A stretch of DNA of 51,661 nucleotides, taken from assembly GCA_018398765.1 (NCBI GenBank), contig JAHBMJ010000275.1, positions 1-51,661 of the forward strand. Direction: 5' to 3'. A model generated the notes under the pieces. The model did not search any database. It had not been told where the DNA came from and saw only the letters and a list, made by a program, of their open reading frames with translations. The stretch is from Chromera velia. Taxonomy: Eukaryota. The first letter of the stretch is position 1; every line of letters begins with the position of its first letter. Made by a program: the position numbers and the translations under genes. This document shows positions 48,697 to 51,661 of the stretch, piece by piece.

Positions 48697-49990
48697 TTTT
48701 CTATAAAAAACAACTGTTGTTTAATCTTGTATTTAATTGATTATGATAAATAATGGCTGATACCGTGGCAGGCGTACCGCCGGCATAAGCGCGGCGCATT
48801 GCGCGCAGCTCCACGTGTTAGTTGACGCACACATCTAGGCACGCATCCGGTTTTTATTTGCAACCCGATTACTCTGCGAGCACGCATGCTTGCATGATCG
48901 AAAATTTGGTATAGAGCTGATCGAAGGTATACTTGAGAAAAAGAAGAAGCCCTTTGCCCAGCTTTCATTCAGAACACTCTGCTTTCACTGCCTATCAGTT
49001 GTATGATACTCCAGGCTGCTGCTTGACCTTGTGGCGGAGCTGAAGCTGGCTTGGTCCAGCTCAGTCACTGCTTTTCTTTTGGTATTAGCTTGCCATGACA
49101 AAGCCGTCTTAGTCTATCACATCTGATGTGAGCAGACAGTAGACTCGTACTCAAGAGAACTGCACCCACTAGCAGATGCACCTTACTCTCTTTTTACTCC
49201 CTGATGGTCTTTTCATTAGCTCGCTGTATATAAGGATTTGGGCTTCAGCCTGCCTCTTTTGTGGTTCTGGAGTTGCTTTTGGATCTCTCTTCTGATTGGT
49301 TGGACAGATAGCACTGCGATGTGTCAGTAAAAGCAAGCGGTTAAATCAAAAAAGTGAAAGACCCACCTTTCTCGCTTTCTTTTACCCTCATTGACTTCCT
49401 ATGTTCTGTCTGAAAAAATTGAAAAAAAAAGTAAAATCGGAAGAAAAATTTTCGTTCATATTTCTAGTTGTCTGTAAATTTTATTTTAAGCTTTTATTTA
49501 TGTTTAAAAACAGTCTTTAAAGAGTAAAAATGAATTAATAAGACTGTGTAACTCAAGAAATTATTTAAATTAAATATTTTTTTTTATAGTCGGAAATTCC
49601 GTCGGAGTCAGGGTGGTCCTGTTTTTTTTTTGGAGCGATCGACTGAAAGGAAGGCCCTGGGTCGGTGTCGGATCTCGGATCGGACCTTTAAAAATTTAGC
49701 ACGAAGGCAGATTGTGTTCTGTTCTGACGTAGCCCACACAGTTGCCCCGGTAGACCCGGCATGCCCTTCCCTACACAGTGTGGGGCGCATGTATTTATTC
49801 CATCCGCAGCACCTCTATAAATATTTCTGGCTCTAGTTTTGGCTTAGCACAGCGTTTTCTATTATCTTCTCTATCACTGCGTTGTCCACTAGTAGATAAT
49901 CAATAGAATAAAGCCTTTCTTTCTGTTTGACAGACTCACATGACCGTAATCTGTAGATCTGTTATATCATGTCTAGACTGTGTGCATTAA

Positions 49991-50956
49991 GAGTCTAGGC
50001 GACGCACAGTGGTAAAAAAAAGAAAAAATCTGAAAACGTCTATTCTTTTTTTTTATATATATTTAAAATTTTATTGTATATATATAAAAAAATAAAGGTT
50101 AAATGACTAGCTTCAACTAGGGTTTGAATCATATCTAGGATCCCAGTTTCATTTTTAGCTTGGTAAACGCTTAGAAGGATTGACCAAAACTAGCTTCAAC
50201 TAGAGCTTTGAAATGTATATCATCCTAGATATCGTCAAAGAGCCAGTCAAAAAAGAGAGGAGGAGGAATGAGACGGTAGAGGAGAGAGCACTTCGTCTTC
50301 TTGACGAAATAGAATGGTTTGAAGATGTTTTTCAGGTTGACAGCTTTGCATCTGAAGAACTGTATGAAGATGCTGAAGATGAGGGGGAGAAGGAGGATGA
50401 GCAAGGTGATGATGCAGATGCAGCGGCCAGCCGTGAAAATGTGTTCAACCAAGAGCACGAGTCGATACCGTGTGGGGATGATACTGAAGTGGCTGCAGAA
50501 TTTACGAGAAAGAAAGGGCAGATGCAAGTCAATGTGAATGGAAAACAAGAAGACATGGTTAGTTTTTTTAACAGACACAGCAAAGATAAGAGAGAAAAGT
50601 CTGGTAACAGTGCAGTTGAACAAGGGAAAAAAGATCGGTTGGTCCGTGTTCAACAAAGTCAATGATGGAATGGTGAAGACACTAGTAGAAACACTAGTAG
50701 AGACAAATGTACAATAATAACTAGGACTAGAACTAGAGTTGAAACTAGGGTTGAAAGATGTTTAAAACTTTGAGTTGAGTAATAAGTTCGTGACGAAGTT
50801 AGTTTAAAAGTACTTCTAAAAAGTGCTCCTCTAGGTGCTCCTAGAGGTGCTCTAGGAAATCCTTCGTAGAAAAAAAGAAAAAAAAAAAATCTGGAAAGGT
50901 CAAACGTGACCGGCAACGAGGCTCTGCTACCATATTATGTACCAGCTAGTAGACTC
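49991..50956 (+). mobile_element. Possible small TTAA-flanked element with 7-bp TIR GAGTCTA/TAGACTC, carrying an acidic ORF fragment (50213-50665)
   Basis: TTAA at 49987-49990 and 50957-50960 bracket inverted 7-mers. The ORF frame continues through several stops. Confidence 0.35.
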
Positions 50957-51661
50957 TTAACTAGGCGACGCACAGTGGTAAAAAAAAATAAAAATAGACC
51001 TTTCCAGATTTTTTTTTTTTACCACTGTGCGTCGCCTAGTTAAGAGTCTACTAGCTGGTACATAATATGGTAGCAGAGCCTCGTTGCCGGTCACGTTTGA
51101 CCTTTCCAGATTTTTTTTTTTTCTTTTTTTCTACGAAGGATTTCCTAGAGCACCTCTAGGAGCACCTAGAGGAGCACTTTTTAGAAGTACTTTTAAACTA
51201 ACTTCGTCACGAACTTATTACTCAACTCAAAGTTTTAAACATCTTTCAACCCTAGTTTCAACTCTAGTTCTAGTCCTAGTTATTATTGTACATTTGTCTC
51301 TACTAGTGTTTCTACTAGTGTCTTCACCATTCCATCATTGACTTTGTTGAACACGGACCAACCGATCTTTTTTCCCTTGTTCAACTGCACTGTTACCAGA
51401 CTTTTCTCTCTTATCTTTGCTGTGTCTGTTAAAAAAACTAACCATGTCTTCTTGTTTTCCATTCACATTGACTTGCATCTGCCCTTTCTTTCTCGTAAAT
51501 TCTGCAGCCACTTCAGTATCATCCCCACACGGTATCGACTCGTGCTCTTGGTTGAACACATTTTCACGGCTGGCCGCTGCATCTGCATCATCACCTTGCT
51601 CATCCTCCTTCTCCCCCTCATCTTCAGCATCTTCATACAGTTCTTCAGATGCAAAGCTGTC
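50339..51661. repeat. Perfect long inverted repeat (palindrome) centred at 51000, running to the window end
   Basis: 50339-50988 is the reverse complement of 51012-51661. Identical ORFs 50659..50916(-) and 51084..51341(+). Confidence 0.95.

Overview
Eukaryotic genomic DNA with many short GT-AG introns and many microsatellites. The style fits an alveolate/chromerid protist (inference only). Two divergent host genes: a 5-exon J-domain (DnaJ) gene on the minus strand (~15970-21023) and a gene of more than 25 exons on the plus strand (~21974-43873) encoding an LRR protein with EF-hand-like C-terminal motifs. The rest is largely decayed mobile DNA: an LTR-type retroelement (gag-protease-integrase, running off the left edge), an APE+RT LINE, a 2.3-kb element with ~500-bp TIRs and a tandemly duplicated Tc1/mariner relic (both inside a ~8.9-kb intron of the LRR gene), two related minisatellites, a short-TIR DNA transposon relic and a perfect palindrome at the right edge. 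Two signals stand out: (i) a canonical 103-nt spliceosomal-type intron joins the retroelement gag frame to the pol frame; the Gag has Gly/Arg boxes instead of a zinc knuckle, and no RT lies between PR and IN; (ii) repeats decay mostly by C>T/G>A transitions, suggesting methylation- or RIP-like genome defence.
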